Source of the DNA: Tubulanus polymorphus
Taxonomy: Eukaryota > Animalia > Nemertea
Assembly (NCBI RefSeq): GCF_964204645.1
Contig: NC_134035.1
Span: 6,781,101 to 6,845,100 of the forward strand
DNA length: 64,000 nucleotides
Reading direction: 5' to 3'
Both the position numbers and the translations under genes were made by a program. Positions 11,234-24,064 of this stretch are shown here, piece by piece (the stretch's first letter is position 1; every line of letters begins with the position of its first letter). Below the pieces are notes generated by a model. The model saw only the letters and a program-made list of their open reading frames with translations, ran no database searches and was not told where the DNA came from.

Positions 11234-14200
11234 GCCTCAAACAGTCGCACTAAAGCTTCTGTGTCATGTGATCACATGCCAGATGATGATAAGTATGTTT
11301 TGAGAAATGACGTTTCCACTGAGACATGCTCATTAGAAAACTAGAATTTCATCCCATGTTAATGATAGATTTTCAGATACAAATCCTATAGATCATTCAG
11401 AGAAAGCACATGACTCTGCTAAGAAAGCATCATCTAAGTAAGTCTATCTATGAAACTTATTATATTCTAAAAGGTTTTTCAGGAAAAATTTCAACAGGTC
11501 TTGATAGTCTTAATGTTTAATAATTGACTGCATTATCGTAGGATACATCTCCTTGCTCGGAATTGTGGTCTTTTGTTCTCTCCCCACCACGGATAGTTTG
11601 ATATTAAATTTAATATTTTCCCTTTATATTGGTACGTATGCATATTTTGTTAACCCAATCAATTGCACATTGGTAGCCCATGATATGGTATGGTTATGTT
11701 GAGTTAGAAGGCGATGGCTTCTGCTATATGTTAACCATGGAATATTATGGTATATATGCTCAATTGATTGGCACTATGGCATTTAAAAGTCAGTGTCATT
11801 CATCTATTGCTGTATTTGTTCATCAGGGGGTGTTGAATATTGAAATTTTGGCTGTCAAATATTTTTCGAAGTTGTCAGTTTAACTAGTTTAACCAAGAAA
11901 ACTTTATTGATTAAAAAAAGAGCACAATTGGTACAAAATATTATTCAATGCCCACAAATGCTGGTGGTTAAACCTAAGAATGGCTTATGGTTCAGTTTGT
12001 TTTAGGATACAAAATTGTTCATTTTATTACGTAAGATACTTGAGACTAAAAGCTGGCCAATTTATTCGCTACAATAAATTTTCATTCATTTTATAACAGA
12101 ATTACAGATGATGTGAAAAGATCTGATGTGAAAAAAAGAGGTAAGCTAAGATAGCATGGGTTATTCAGATACATTCTCACCTTTGTTTTATAAAATACCT
12201 TTGTTTTATAAAATCAGAAATGATTTCCTGGTGGGAATGAATCTTTTTCCTTACTGCTAGGCCACAAATTAAAATGATTGGTTTCATAAGGCATTAGGCC
12301 TATGTATGAATGTGAATAGAGGTGTTTCATTTTTTAGTCAAAAAAAGCTCGGTTATGGATAAAGAATATCTGGATGTTGTCGAACAGTTTCTTGAAAACC
12401 CAATGCATCCAGATGTTAAGAATTATTTTCCCAACAGCCAAAGCTTAGCCAAATTCCGACATCAGGTAAATGTTCTCGTTGTGAATGCTTGACGACTTGT
12501 ATCACTACAATTTTCTCATAATAGAACTGATTTATGAAGTGATGCTTCGTCTTATTTTGCAGGTCAAAACCAAAGGTTTTACTTTAAAAGAGGAGGAAAA
12601 CGGTGATAAGAATGTAGTTGCACCATGCAAAAGTGATGTACGTATCTTACATGGAAAATATCATTTTATTGCAGTATGTACAGAAGTTATTCATTAGCTC
12701 CAAATGGGTTGTTTCAGGTTTCAAGGAAACTCAGAGTTATCCCTTTGGAAGATTTTGATCAAATCATATTATCCTGTCACGAGGCTATTGGGCATGGTGG
12801 AGAGAATGCTACATTTAAAAAGGTAAAATTATTCCCTGAGGTTTTAGTTAATCATATCTTTAATCACTTATTCAAAAGATCAACTTTCAGGTTCAAGAAA
12901 ACTACTTCGGTGTCATTCGAATTCATGTAAGGAATACCTTGAAAAAATGCAAAGTGTGCACACTGAAATCATCGCAAACTGGCAGAGCCCCAGTCATTCC
13001 GATCATTAGCCAAAATGTATTCGAAAGAATTCAGGTAAGACATAACTTTTATTTAAGGTCTGAGTACTATTATCGTTAATTCATACATGTATATTCATTT
13101 CAGGTTGACTTGATTGATATGCAACGTCAAGAAACAGAAGGTTATCGCTTCATATTGCATGCTATTGACCATGCCTCCAAATTTCATTTTCTGTGGCCCT
13201 TGAAGGGAAAATTTGCGACTGATGTGAAAGATGCTCTCAGGATCCTATTCAGTTTTACTGGGCTACCCAAAATTCTTCAATGTGATAATGGAGGTGAATT
13301 TTCTGACCGGGAACTGGGTGATCTTCTGTCTGAATGGCCCTCCAGCTGTAAAATTGTCCATGGTAGACCTCGTCATCCCCAGAGCCAGGGCTTAGTAGAA
13401 CGGGGTCATCGTATCGTGGCTGATAAAATTGCCTCATTCAAAGCGTCTTTCACTGGAAAAGGAGAATTTCCATGGCATCATTATTTACCACGAATTATGT
13501 GTAAGTAAAATTGAACACGATATCTTGATTAATTCATAATATGCTTCCCCTATATGCTCAATGTTTTTTGCTTCTTTAGATATGATCAACACTACGTATT
13601 CCACACGAATAAAATGTACCCCCTATGAATGTGTGTATGGGCAAAAACCCCCAAATATTGCACTTCAGGTAAAATTTGTAGTTACTTCAGCAAATGGTAT
13701 TTATATCATTATTCAGTCCTTATAAGAAATTGTATTTGATTTCAGTCAAATGAACATAATGACGAAGAGGAGGGCAATGCAGAAGTATGTACTAATACTC
13801 ACTAAAATCTATTTTAGGGCAGGGCTGTAGGAACCGGGGAGCCATGCCCCCCCCCCCATTTTCTGACTCTTGCCTATGACTTCCTACATGCCTAGGGTAG
13901 GTCTCCATAGTACCTAGTGGCAGAAATGGTGAAACTGTGAGCTTATATCATTCCTAATTTCAACCAGGAAGTACTCAGAATGTACCTAAATGATATAATT
14001 TTTCAAAATTTTATGACCATTTAGTGCTTTGTGCCTGCTACGCCGTCATTATGGGCCACAATTCGTTCCTATGGCCCTGTAGGGTGTAGTAAGAAATTAA
14101 GTTTCAAATACAGTAGTATCACAAAGTCAAAATACCTTTCAAAATTAATCAACATCTTGTAAACAGAGCCAGGCTGTAGATATTATCTTTATGCATGTTT

Positions 14201-15007
14201 TTTTTATAATACTTACCAAGTATCAGTAATCCATATTCTTTTTCATAGGACATAACAATTCAGAGTGATGAAGATATTACGGTGTGTACATGCTTGATTG
14301 ATTATCTTGTGTATATATTCGATTTAATTTTAAATACAAATATGTCTATCTCATCTCCTGCAGAATAAGGCTCATTGAAATCTTGTCCTGAGAAAAGATA
14401 ACTGCCAACTTGCATTTTATAAAGAGATACTTACAGTATTTCATTAATGTAAACTTTGTGGCATTTCTAAGAGATGTATATTTAAAAAATTAACAATTTT
14501 TCAAGTGTCAGAAAATCGACATTTATTGCAAGTGCAGTGTTTACCAATTTTCATATCTGTATATCACTCAACTTTTTTCAGATGGAACCAAATGCCTCAA
14601 CCACTTCGCAAGTAAGCCTTTTTAACAATGCACAAAACTTGTCACTTTGCTATAACCTAAACTCTACTTACTACATTTGGCCTTATTTTAAGCTGGCTAA
14701 CCAATGCACCACTTCCATTCTAGGGATTTGATTTTAGTGAGCTGCCAATAAAGAGAGTTAAGGTTGCTAATGAGCTAGCAACTAAGGAAGCTCACCAAAA
14801 AATTAGGATGGCTGCTAACCTTGCCTCCTTAAAAGGCGCAAAAAGGATGTTGAAAAGGGGATACAAAGAACAACTAATATTCAAAGTTGGGGATTTTGTA
14901 ACGGTGAAAATTCCTGAGCAAGACCGCCACAAAATAGATCTACGTAGACTCCCTGGTGTGGTAGTCCAAGTGAAAAAGTTTAAGAATGGAAACTTTTATA
15001 TAATACG
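11234..15007 (+). CDS. Intron-containing DDE integrase/transposase, Ginger2/TDD (KRBA2/SCAND3-like): H2C2 Zn finger + rve core + C-terminal domain; 3' end truncated
   Basis: Phase-consistent exons 11234-11292, 11369-11437, 12100-12140, 12338-12465, 12563-12637, 12718-12822 (CHEAIGHGG), 12891-13034 (CKVC), 13104-13500 (VDLID...QCDNGGEF...GRPRHPQSQGLVER), 13580-13668 (TPYECVYG), 13746-13784, 14249-14281, 14582-14611, 14724-15007 (FKVGDFVTVKIP..DR). No stops in the assembled frame. No RT, gag or LTR nearby. Confidence 0.88.
13820..14079. mobile_element. Short non-autonomous TIR element in an integrase intron
   Basis: CAGGGCTGTAGGAAC ... GTTCCTATGGCCCTG, flanked by TAGGG on both sides. Confidence 0.55.
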
Positions 15008-16955
15008 GTTTGTCAGATAATTTCATAAATCGTAAAGCAAAAATGGTTGATTTTATGTTGATATCTTACGTTGATATGTTAAGAAAATATATAAGTCGAC
15101 GTCAACATCATTTCAACGTAGAAACAATGTGACAAATTTCTCAACGTTTTTCCAACGTTGAATTAAGGTTGTGTGCTAGCTGGGTATGCAGAATTGGATT
15201 CATTGTTATTATAGGATGATAGTTCATGGGCATCAAAAGTGCTACAACATGCCCTTGATATGAAGCTTTTTAAAGTTTATCAGACACGTGTTTTGGAGTA
15301 AACCGAATAGCCCTTAAAATACCGATTCCACATGGTTTAACGGTCAGTGTCTATGCTCTGCGAGACAGTAGTCATATATTTTTCACGACAAACGCACGAT
15401 TTAAATTGGTCTCCTAAGGTATCTATTATACTTTCTTTCACTTCTCTATTATATTACATAACTGAGTAATTCTTACATTGGATTGCCTAATTACAGGTGG
15501 AAAGAGGTCAGATGGCATGAAAATCGACTGTGGCTGATTAATTGGCGCGTGTATATAAAGCGTCGAGGTTTCAAAAGGTGTAGCCAAAACGCTTCTATCA
15601 TCAAGGGTTGACAAATTATCCGAAGATAAATGAAAACTTCACCTTAGTTGTTGATCGTCAGTTGATTTTGTTGTAATTATTTCGTCTGGATAAATCGACA
15701 CATAATTCATTTCAAAATCTGTGTTCAGTAGATATTCTTTCAATAAAATAAAGATCTATTTGACTAATTTCTGACTAATGTATTCAAGAGTGGATTCGAA
15801 TTGATCTCAAAACCAGAGAAAGCATTCTTCAAAAAATTAGAAGATCCTAGACTCATATATATAGCCAGTAAAAATTGTCTTGAACTCATCTCGATAATCT
15901 ATAAGATAGATCACACAAATTCTTATAAATCAGGTATATTCCTAATTCATTTTAAGTTCATAATTGCCACTGAATTTTACCAATACCGGTATACCACTTG
16001 GAACGTGCATAAATACAAATAGTTATTATTCATCAATGAATTGTTCACCAATTAACTTTTTCTCTGTGGAAAGAACAAAGGCGAACCTCTGAACCTGTGA
16101 GCAAATAAGAACATAAATGATTACCCATATTATAAGCTGAAAGCATCATTAGGTAACCTTGATAAAATAAGGAAGTTTGCTTACCAGGAAAGATGGATTC
16201 AACAGCATTAATTTAACAGCATTAATTGCCCTTGAAAAATCGGTCAGAAAATCACTTGGATGCCATTCAGGATTCCATTTAGTGAACACACCAACAGGAT
16301 GCTTGATTCGTTACTCGGAAAATCGCGGATAAAAAGGATTCGGTGCCCAAGTTGACTTTTCATAAGTGTTCGACATGTGAAAAAATGTTTGTTTCCGTAG
16401 AGCTGATAAAAAAACATAAATGTTATGGTGAGTCCTTATATAAGACAAAGCTAAATACGTGCAGAGTGGTTGTGACACGTATCCACGTATAGTCTTTGAA
16501 AATTGTCATGTCGTCTTAATCACAATCTACCTTTCAAGGCTTGGCCTGGCTTATCTCTTCTATTTTGCTGTCAAACAAATATGACATTTAATGTATTACA
16601 TTTCATTATAATTCTTCTTTTTTTCTTTCATTAAGCAGTTGCCTCACGCGCTCAACTTCAATCAAGATTACAAGCCAAAGCAGCTACATTTGCAGTGCCT
16701 TCTCAACAAGGAACAAAGCCGGAAATAGAATTACAGTTCCAACAAGAATCTGAAAGACCGGCACGGTCTGGCATGAGCAGTAATGAATCCGAAAATGGCC
16801 AGGTTCCAATTGACAATAAGCCTATATGTTCTTATGATTACAACAGTGTTGGTTGTGGTATGTAGGTCTATCTAGGCTTTGCTTCTCTCCCTGACCCTTC
16901 CATATCCGACATCTTGATCTTTACATGATTTTAACAAATTTCTTATTCCATTTCA

Positions 16956-17368
16956 GATGACATTGCTACATGGAAAAGAACAGAGTCACTTCTTCTGATT
17001 GACATATATCGAGAATGGGAGCCAAAAATCAAGAAAAAATGGCCCTGTGGGAAAAAATAGCACAATTGATGTTGGCCAAAGGTTATAAATTTACTTGCGC
17101 ACAAATAGAAAACAGATGGAAGACCCTTGTGTGAGGTTTGAAAAAAGTAAGTGACCACAATTCAAAAAGTCACGTATGCCCGACACACCCATTCGAAAAT
17201 GAAATGGAATTTGTGTTCAAACGTCAAGCCTCAGCCTCATTATGTTGCAGGTTCAACCATAGACGAAGAAACTTTTGCCTCAGAAATCAGCGAGTCGAGG
17301 ACTGAGCGAGATGAGACCCCCACCACCAAAGAAGAGAAAATTGAACGTCTCCCAGGTATAAGATGTAC
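16956..17368 (+). pseudogene. Myb/SANT (trihelix) DNA-binding protein of a Harbinger transposon, disrupted
   Basis: After acceptor TTCAG: ATWKRTESLLLIDIYREWE...(frameshift)...ALWEKIAQLMLAKGYKFTCAQIENRWKTLV*GLKKVSDHN...PFENEM, the typical W...W...W trihelix pattern. Convergent with the transposase. Confidence 0.75.
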
Positions 17369-18785
17369 TCAATGAGCACATGACAAGAAGTCATTTATAT
17401 CGTCATTGATACAGATATTATGGAATATGCAACAGACTATTATTGCATCAACTGCAGTTTTATTTGACTTGGTGTCTATGATTTTAAGTCTTCGAAATCT
17501 ACCCTTCAATAAACCAAATGCTCTTTCGATGGGAACCCTTGCCGAAGAAAGTCTATGATTAAAACGACGCTGTCTACGAGTTAGGTGTCCATTGTCACGA
17601 AAAGGTTTCATAAGACTCTTTCTTAATGGATAAGCACCGTCTCCAACTAGATAATTGTTCTCACCACAGTAGTTGGGTGCAATGTCAAACACATCTGAGT
17701 TTCTAAAAATTCGGGCATCATTCACACTTCCAGGCCAGCCAGCAAGGACATGAATAAATGATAAGTTAGCAGTACAAACACCTTGCAAAACAAGGTTTGT
17801 GTTCTTATATTTAGGATTGTTTCAATTAATAAATTCTCGATTTATTATCTTATCATCCGTTCACCACGTTTGAGTGTGGTTGTCGTACCACCTTGCAAAA
17901 CAATGGAATGATATTTCTTTCGATTAACATACACTTGTGCATGCTCATGTGGAGCTATAATGCTGAAGTGTGTTCCATCTAAAGCCCCAAGTATATTCGG
18001 AAATTGAGAACTTATGAGAAATTCATCTTTTATTTTGTTCTTCGCAAATCATCGAAAGGTAATTGTATGAACTTTTTCTTCAAATGCGTCATAACAACAT
18101 TAGACACACGATTACTTGATTTAAGAATGGTAGAATCAGTAACACCAAAGCGATCAGCCATTCTATGTATTGTTTCCTGATGGGAAATATACCATATAGT
18201 TATAAGTAACTGTTTTTTGATCGTAATTGGTTTTCTTCCACCACAGTCCTCATTAGGCCTTTGTCTTAAATATGGTCCTATATTCCGCATAATCACTTCA
18301 TATGTAGCTTTAGATATTCGGAAGAATCTGCTAAAATCATCTGCGGTATCGTGGAATTACATTCTCGACGTAGTTTCTACATTATTCCCTATCTTCTGTT
18401 GTTCTAAAAAAAGAAACAAAACATATATTATTGCACACGTAACAATTTAAGGTCTTAGTGATAGAGCTTTAGTGAAAAAATCCGATCGCAAAACTTAACC
18501 ACAGCAAAGTGACAGAACTTACTGCCTAATCTTACTGAATGGAATGAGCCTCTGTTGATGAGGCTGGGAGGAGGTATAGTAGTAGTGTCTTAAAGACGAT
18601 CATTGGCATGTTAGAAGAGATAAGTACGCAAGAATTAGCTCGTAGACTAACATTACTTACATGGTAATAAGCAAACAGCACATGCTAAATGTGTAGCTAT
18701 TAACTTCTGTGTAGAAGGCTTCCTCCGTACATTCTTCCAACAATAATGGGATGAACGATCGAAATAATGCCGCCTTGTCCATCAT
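17369..18785 (-). pseudogene. PIF/Harbinger transposase (HARBI1-like, DDE_Tnp_4), disrupted
   Basis: Motifs KQLLITIWY...DRFGV, FPNILGALDGTH, YVNRKKYHSIVLQGVC, GWPGSVNDARIF, LVGDGAYP, FNHRLSSARVPIERAFGLLKGRFRRL, CCIFHN. Contains frameshifts and an internal insertion. Confidence 0.9.
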
Positions 18786-18895
18786 ATTTGTTACTCTGAT
18801 AACACGGATACCGCTTGTTTCCGCTGTGCTCCAGAGTAACATTCGGAGTACTCCGAATCGTCGAATCAAGCATGTCTGCAAGTGCCTCTCTTATG

Positions 18896-19593
18896 CTATG
18901 CTGAAGCGAATCCTATGAAACCCCGAACTTCACTTACGGATGTAGGGGTTTTAGTATTTTCAGGATCAGGCTCGATACCCGCCTCAGAAACTACGTGGGC
19001 AACGTAAAGAACTTTCTCCTGGAAGAACGAACAATTCGACGGTTTAAGTTTCAGGCCAGCATTTTTCAGCTTCTGGAAAACATTGTCCAACCGCACTAGA
19101 AGTTGTTCAATCGAGTTCGAAAATACGATGATGTCATCGATATAAACGAGACACTCTTTCAACGAAAGATCACAGAGGCTACGCTCCATTAAGCGTTGGA
19201 ATGTAGACGGAGCTCCGGTAAGTCAAAAGGCATTACCTCACACTCATAAAATCCTAAACCTGTGCCTACGTTGAAAGCAGTGTACTGCTTACTCTCCTTG
19301 TCCATTTGAACTTGCCAATAGCCGGATTTTAGATCCAGGCAAGAAAAATATCGGGAACCATAGAGGGCGTTAAGTTGCTCGTCATTGCGAGGCAAACAAT
19401 AGCGATCTGGGATAGTACGTTTATTTAACTCCCGGTAGTAGATACAAAATCGCAACTCACCGGTCTTCTTTCTGACTAAGACTAAAACTACCAGTGACGC
19501 GAACGCGCTGGATGACGGTTTTATAACCCCAATCTCGAGCATCATACGGAGATGGTCCCCAACCTCATCCACCATACCAGGCGGAATTCTCAT
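18896..19593 (-). pseudogene. Gypsy (Metaviridae) reverse transcriptase fragment
   Basis: RIPP...IKPSSS...RKKTGELRFC.YYRELN, FSCLDLKSGYWQ, MPF, CLVYIDDIIVFS, GLKLKPSNC. Frameshifted. Continues upstream at 26455. Confidence 0.92.
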
Positions 19594-19775
19594 AAAAAAT
19601 CAAAGAATAAATTCTCGCACGCTCGAATTTATTTTTTCATTTTTTACTCACTCGCCCCTTCAACCTTTGATATGAACCCCCATATTCCCTATTACTCTTA
19701 AAATATTCATATATATGAAGAACATATAAATGAATAACTTCTAAAATCAATTTTAATAAAAAATTTAGTATTAAA

Positions 19776-20659
19776 ATGGAAGCAAATAAGAAGTACTACT
19801 GTCCAACATGTAAAATCAATATAGATAAATCCCAAAAAGCAAGACACAATAAAATTAAAACACATTTAGAAAATAAATTTAAGTGAGAATATAAAGATGA
19901 TATATTAGAAACTAAATTAGATGAATTAAAGAATGAAAAAGAAACATACAAATTTGATACATGTAATCAATCATTCAGTGATAAAAGATATTATAAAGAA
20001 CATTTAAAATCTAAAAGTCATATTAGAAATATGGATAATGATAACTTATTTTCATTATTTAACATTAAAAATATATTAACATTTATATTGAAAATTATAT
20101 CTCAGCAACAAATTTAGTGTATGGAAGACAATATAAAATTGATAATATTTCTATAATCAATCAAGTATTATCAAATGAAGCATATTTAATTATTGAACTG
20201 ATAGATAATGGAATCAAAAACCCTAACATATTTAATACAGTTTTAAATCATAAAGGAACTTTAGATGAAAAAATTATAAATATTCTTGAAACTCCTTTCA
20301 ATGAAAAAAATGATGATTTAATACTTTCTAGAGGTTACAATAATTTGATTAACTTAAGAATTGAAAAAAGACAATTATATTTTTCAAATTTTGATGATAA
20401 ACCAATTATCTATAATGAAAATTCATCAAATATTGGTATTCAATGTGAATTAGATAATGAAAAATCATTTAAAGATGTTGGAACTCAATGTAACTCAGAT
20501 AATGAAATTGTCACGCCAAAATATAATCCTAATGAAAGCGTTTTATGTAATATTGTGGAAAATATTATACTCGAAGCAATAAATCACACCATCTTCAATC
20601 AAAATATCATAACTCCAAATATGGAAATCAATTTTAATAAAAATATGTATTATAAATGA
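19776..20659 (+). pseudogene. Zn-finger-containing uncharacterised protein of the Polinton-like element (stops/frameshift)
   Basis: CPTC...RHNKIKTH and TC...EHLKSKSH C2H2-like motifs, then ORF 20117-20659. Homologous to 37628-38150 (NLRIEKRQLY...IIYNENSSNIGIQCE). Confidence 0.55.
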
Positions 20660-20859
20660 AGCCAGAACAATCACAAACTATAAATATTCACCATAAGAAA
20701 TGTTCAAAATGTGAATTAGATAAATCATTATCAGAATATTATAAAGATAAAAAGACTAAAGATGATAAAGGTTATTATTGCAAAACTTGTAATAAACTAA
20801 ATTATAAAAAATTCCATAAAAATAATCCAGATTATTATATAGATAATAGTGAAATATAA
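20656..20859 (+). CDS. Zn-ribbon protein fragment (CxxC...CxxC), truncated by the Penelope insertion
   Basis: KKCSKCELDKSLSEYYKDKKTKDDKGYYCKTC; starts at TAAATG. Confidence 0.45.
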   Translation: MKPEQSQTINIHHKKCSKCELDKSLSEYYKDKKTKDDKGYYCKTCNKLNYKKFHKNNPDYYIDNSEI

Positions 20860-20861
20860 TT

Positions 20862-21800
20862 TCGGAAGAGTATCCAGATAGTTAAATAATAATAAGAACG
20901 CAACTATCACAATCTTCATGATGATAATGAGTTTATTTACATGTTCAAACGTTTCGATCGATTTCGACTTATCTCTTCGAGTCCTTTTCAAGAAATGACA
21001 TGAAAAGATACAAACTATGTATAGTATACTGTTACTAATTACAGAGAATATCATGCAGGCGTGAAGTGGCCTAGTTTACAAAGTACAAATGGATTATAAA
21101 TATATCAAAATACGTTCAGTAAAAATGAGACACCATGTGTAGGAAGTTGTTTCTACAAATGTCGCATTGTTTTACCAATGTATGTGTTATTTGCATCACG
21201 CAAACATTTGAATTTATAAATAACATTGGCCAACAAGGGTGAAGGAGTATGGGACTTGAGTGAAAAGTAGTTCCTAATTTTGAAAGAAGTAAAGACAATA
21301 CGAATATCCACGTTGTAATATTGTTTGAATAGACTCTTGAGTTTTCTGCCAAATATAATCGAAGGGAGGCCTATGTAAGGAACGAAAAAAAAGTGTTTCG
21401 ACCTTATCTTCCCTGACCATACTAGCGGTAGTATCATCACTACATTTGCTATTCAAAAATCTTCTAAGACACGAATTAAACAAATCTTGTGGGTAGCCAT
21501 TTTTGTGGAAAACGTTTTTTAGGAAATCAATTTCTTGTGAGAAAACAAACCAACTACTGCTTATGGTATATGCTCTATGGAGCAGACATTGGATTAAAAC
21601 AAATTTCCATTTTTGAGGACACATAGCTGAAAAGTTTAGAATCAAGCTAGTGTAAGTTGATTTTCTAAATACATGAGAAGTGAAGGTACCATCATCCGTT
21701 GTTGGGAGCGAAATATACGTATCTAGAAATGGAAGTGTAGACGGTCCTATTTCTGAAGTAAATTTAAGATTAGGGTGTAGTGCAATTAGTTTCTCCGGAG
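20862..21800 (-). mobile_element. Penelope-like retroelement fragment (RT thumb + GIY-YIG endonuclease)
   Basis: PFLDTYI...VFRKSTYTSLILNF...CLLHRAYTISS...KNGYP, then VPYIG...NVIYKFKC...YIGKTMRHL (GIY-YIG). Frameshifted. Confidence 0.85.
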
Positions 21801-22267
21801 AAAAAACTTCTAGATGATTCTAAATTACTCAAAGTTGATTCCGCTAATATTTTGTTTTGATTTTTATAAGTGATATTAATATAATAATCATCTTTCAAAT
21901 GATAATAATATTCACCATCTAAAGATTTTAATTCTGTTACTAAAAGTCAGGCGCCTCTATCATTTATATTATACCCAGACCTTTCAAATACAGGTTTGAA
22001 TTTATAAATATATTCATTATATTCTAAATTTTGTTTAACTAAATCTGGATTTTCATTTTCAGGATTTATTCTCGATTTAGTTCTTCTATCAAATTCATCC
22101 GTTGATGGGGCTTTAGAACCACTATCTGCTAAATTAGAATTATATGATCATGGATCATCATTATCAATATTAGTTTCATTAAAATCAGGTTGTGGTTCAT
22201 CACTTATACCGGGGGCGTCACCAAAAGTATCCATTGGAATATCTTCTTCCATTTATATAATAAAAAA

Positions 22268-23436
22268 TTAAAATTCAAAATATATTATTCCTCCTATTAC
22301 AATTCCTATACAAGTTATAGCTAATTTAGCATTTTCATGGGATTTATTATCATTATCAGTTTTAGATATGTCATGTTGAATATTATCAGTTTTTATATCA
22401 CCGTGTGGGTGCCGTACGGCACTATTTTCTGATGTATTATAATCTTTTATTTTAGAATCATTATCCAATTTAATATTCTTAGTTTTAGTTTCTGTTGATT
22501 GAATATGTTTTTTAATGTTTTCATCTTCCATTAATTTTGGAGCAGTAATAATCTTTTTATTCATATCATTCAATCCAAATGAATTATTTATTGTTGTAGT
22601 CTTAATTAAATTATTATAACCAATTATATTTCCCATTTTCAATACTAAATCATTAGAAATAATTAATAGATTAGGCCTATACAATAATTTAATCTAATAT
22701 GTGATTTATCTAAATAATTTTGGTACCTAACTATGTTTTCTGGAATCGATCTATTTTTATCATTATGAATGGAATCTTCAAATAAAACTTTGAATTGTTT
22801 TTGTGTATCAAATGAAGTATTATCATTTCCAACTATTGGTGATCTTGTTTCAACTTGAGCGCCTAGAATACATATCAAATAAGTTCTAATTGATTGTATT
22901 CTTCGTATGCCTGATTTTGTAAAACCTTCACTATTTTCTAAAATAAAATTAATCCAACCATTATTATTATCAATTTTATAATTATGATAAGCTCCAATTC
23001 TATGCATATAATCAATTCTTTTTATTTCATACTGTTCACCAATACCTTGCAATTTACCATGCGCTCTAAAATCGGAATTAATGTTTATATTAAATTCATT
23101 ACATATTTCATAAAACTTAAATAGATAACTATTATTGTCCAATTCTTTAAAATATTTAGATCCGGGTAAAGGACATTCTAATCCATTTAATATTATTCTG
23201 ATTTGAAAATATGTGTGAAATCTAAATATTGTGTGAACTAATTTTGAATCAGAATAATTCAAATTTTTATCTAAGTTATTTAAATGATCATTCCAACTTA
23301 TACCACAACCAATTGTTGCACAATAAACAGCAACATTTAATTGATTCTGCCAATATTTCATATTAGATTTTACTTTATATATATGATATTCATCTCGAGT
23401 AAAAGTAACTTCATATGTATTAAATATATTTTCCAT
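22268..23436 (-). pseudogene. Uncharacterised Polinton-like protein with C-terminal TM helix (frameshifted at about 22670)
   Basis: The 257-aa and 138-aa ORFs overlap. Motifs YWQNQLN.AVYCAT.GCG, FRFHTYFQIR, CILGAQV.TRS; hydrophobic C-terminus. Assignment is from context and recalled similarity only. Confidence 0.5.
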
Positions 23437-24064
23437 TTTAGAAATAAAAAACTGTGTTTCAGTAACATAAATCTCTAAATTAGTTAATGAATTTAAAACT
23501 AAATTTTATATGTAATATTTTTGTTAAAATGTACTGCAGGCATATTATATTTAATTGATTTATTATATTGGAAAGCTTTTGGAAACCCCATTTATTTAAT
23601 TAAAAAATTAATAATTTATTAATTCTTTTAATAATTTATCTTGTTCTTCCACTGTTATATTACCATTTAAACTTATTATATAATCTAGTGTATTTTTTAA
23701 TTCATTAATTTCTTTTATATTAGTTTTAATTTTTTCTTCATTACTTTTTATATTTAATTTTGAACTTATACCAGTTAAAACACTTGATGATAATCCTAGC
23801 ACGCCAATTGATATAGCTAAAGGTGTTAATGGACTGAATATTGCTAGAAATGTTATTACAGAACTAATTGTAACTGAACCACTAATAATAAAATAATATA
23901 TAATTTTACTTTTTAAATATTTTTTCTTTTTTATCTTTAAGTCATTTTCAAATTCTAATATTTGTTTTTCTAAACATGTTTTTAATTTAGTTTTATTTAT
24001 ATCATGAGGAATAATATCAATATTATCAACTTAATCATCCATTTATTTAGCAAAAAAAAAATTA

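Noticed and set aside
13104-13500. Integrase as part of an LTR retrotransposon or Polinton
   Set aside because: It is interrupted by many spliceosomal introns and has no linked RT, RNase H or LTR. Its motifs fit Ginger2/KRBA2-type transposases.
20930-21000. Hammerhead ribozyme in the Penelope terminal repeat
   Set aside because: CGAAAC is present on the minus strand, but the CTGAnGA core is not intact.
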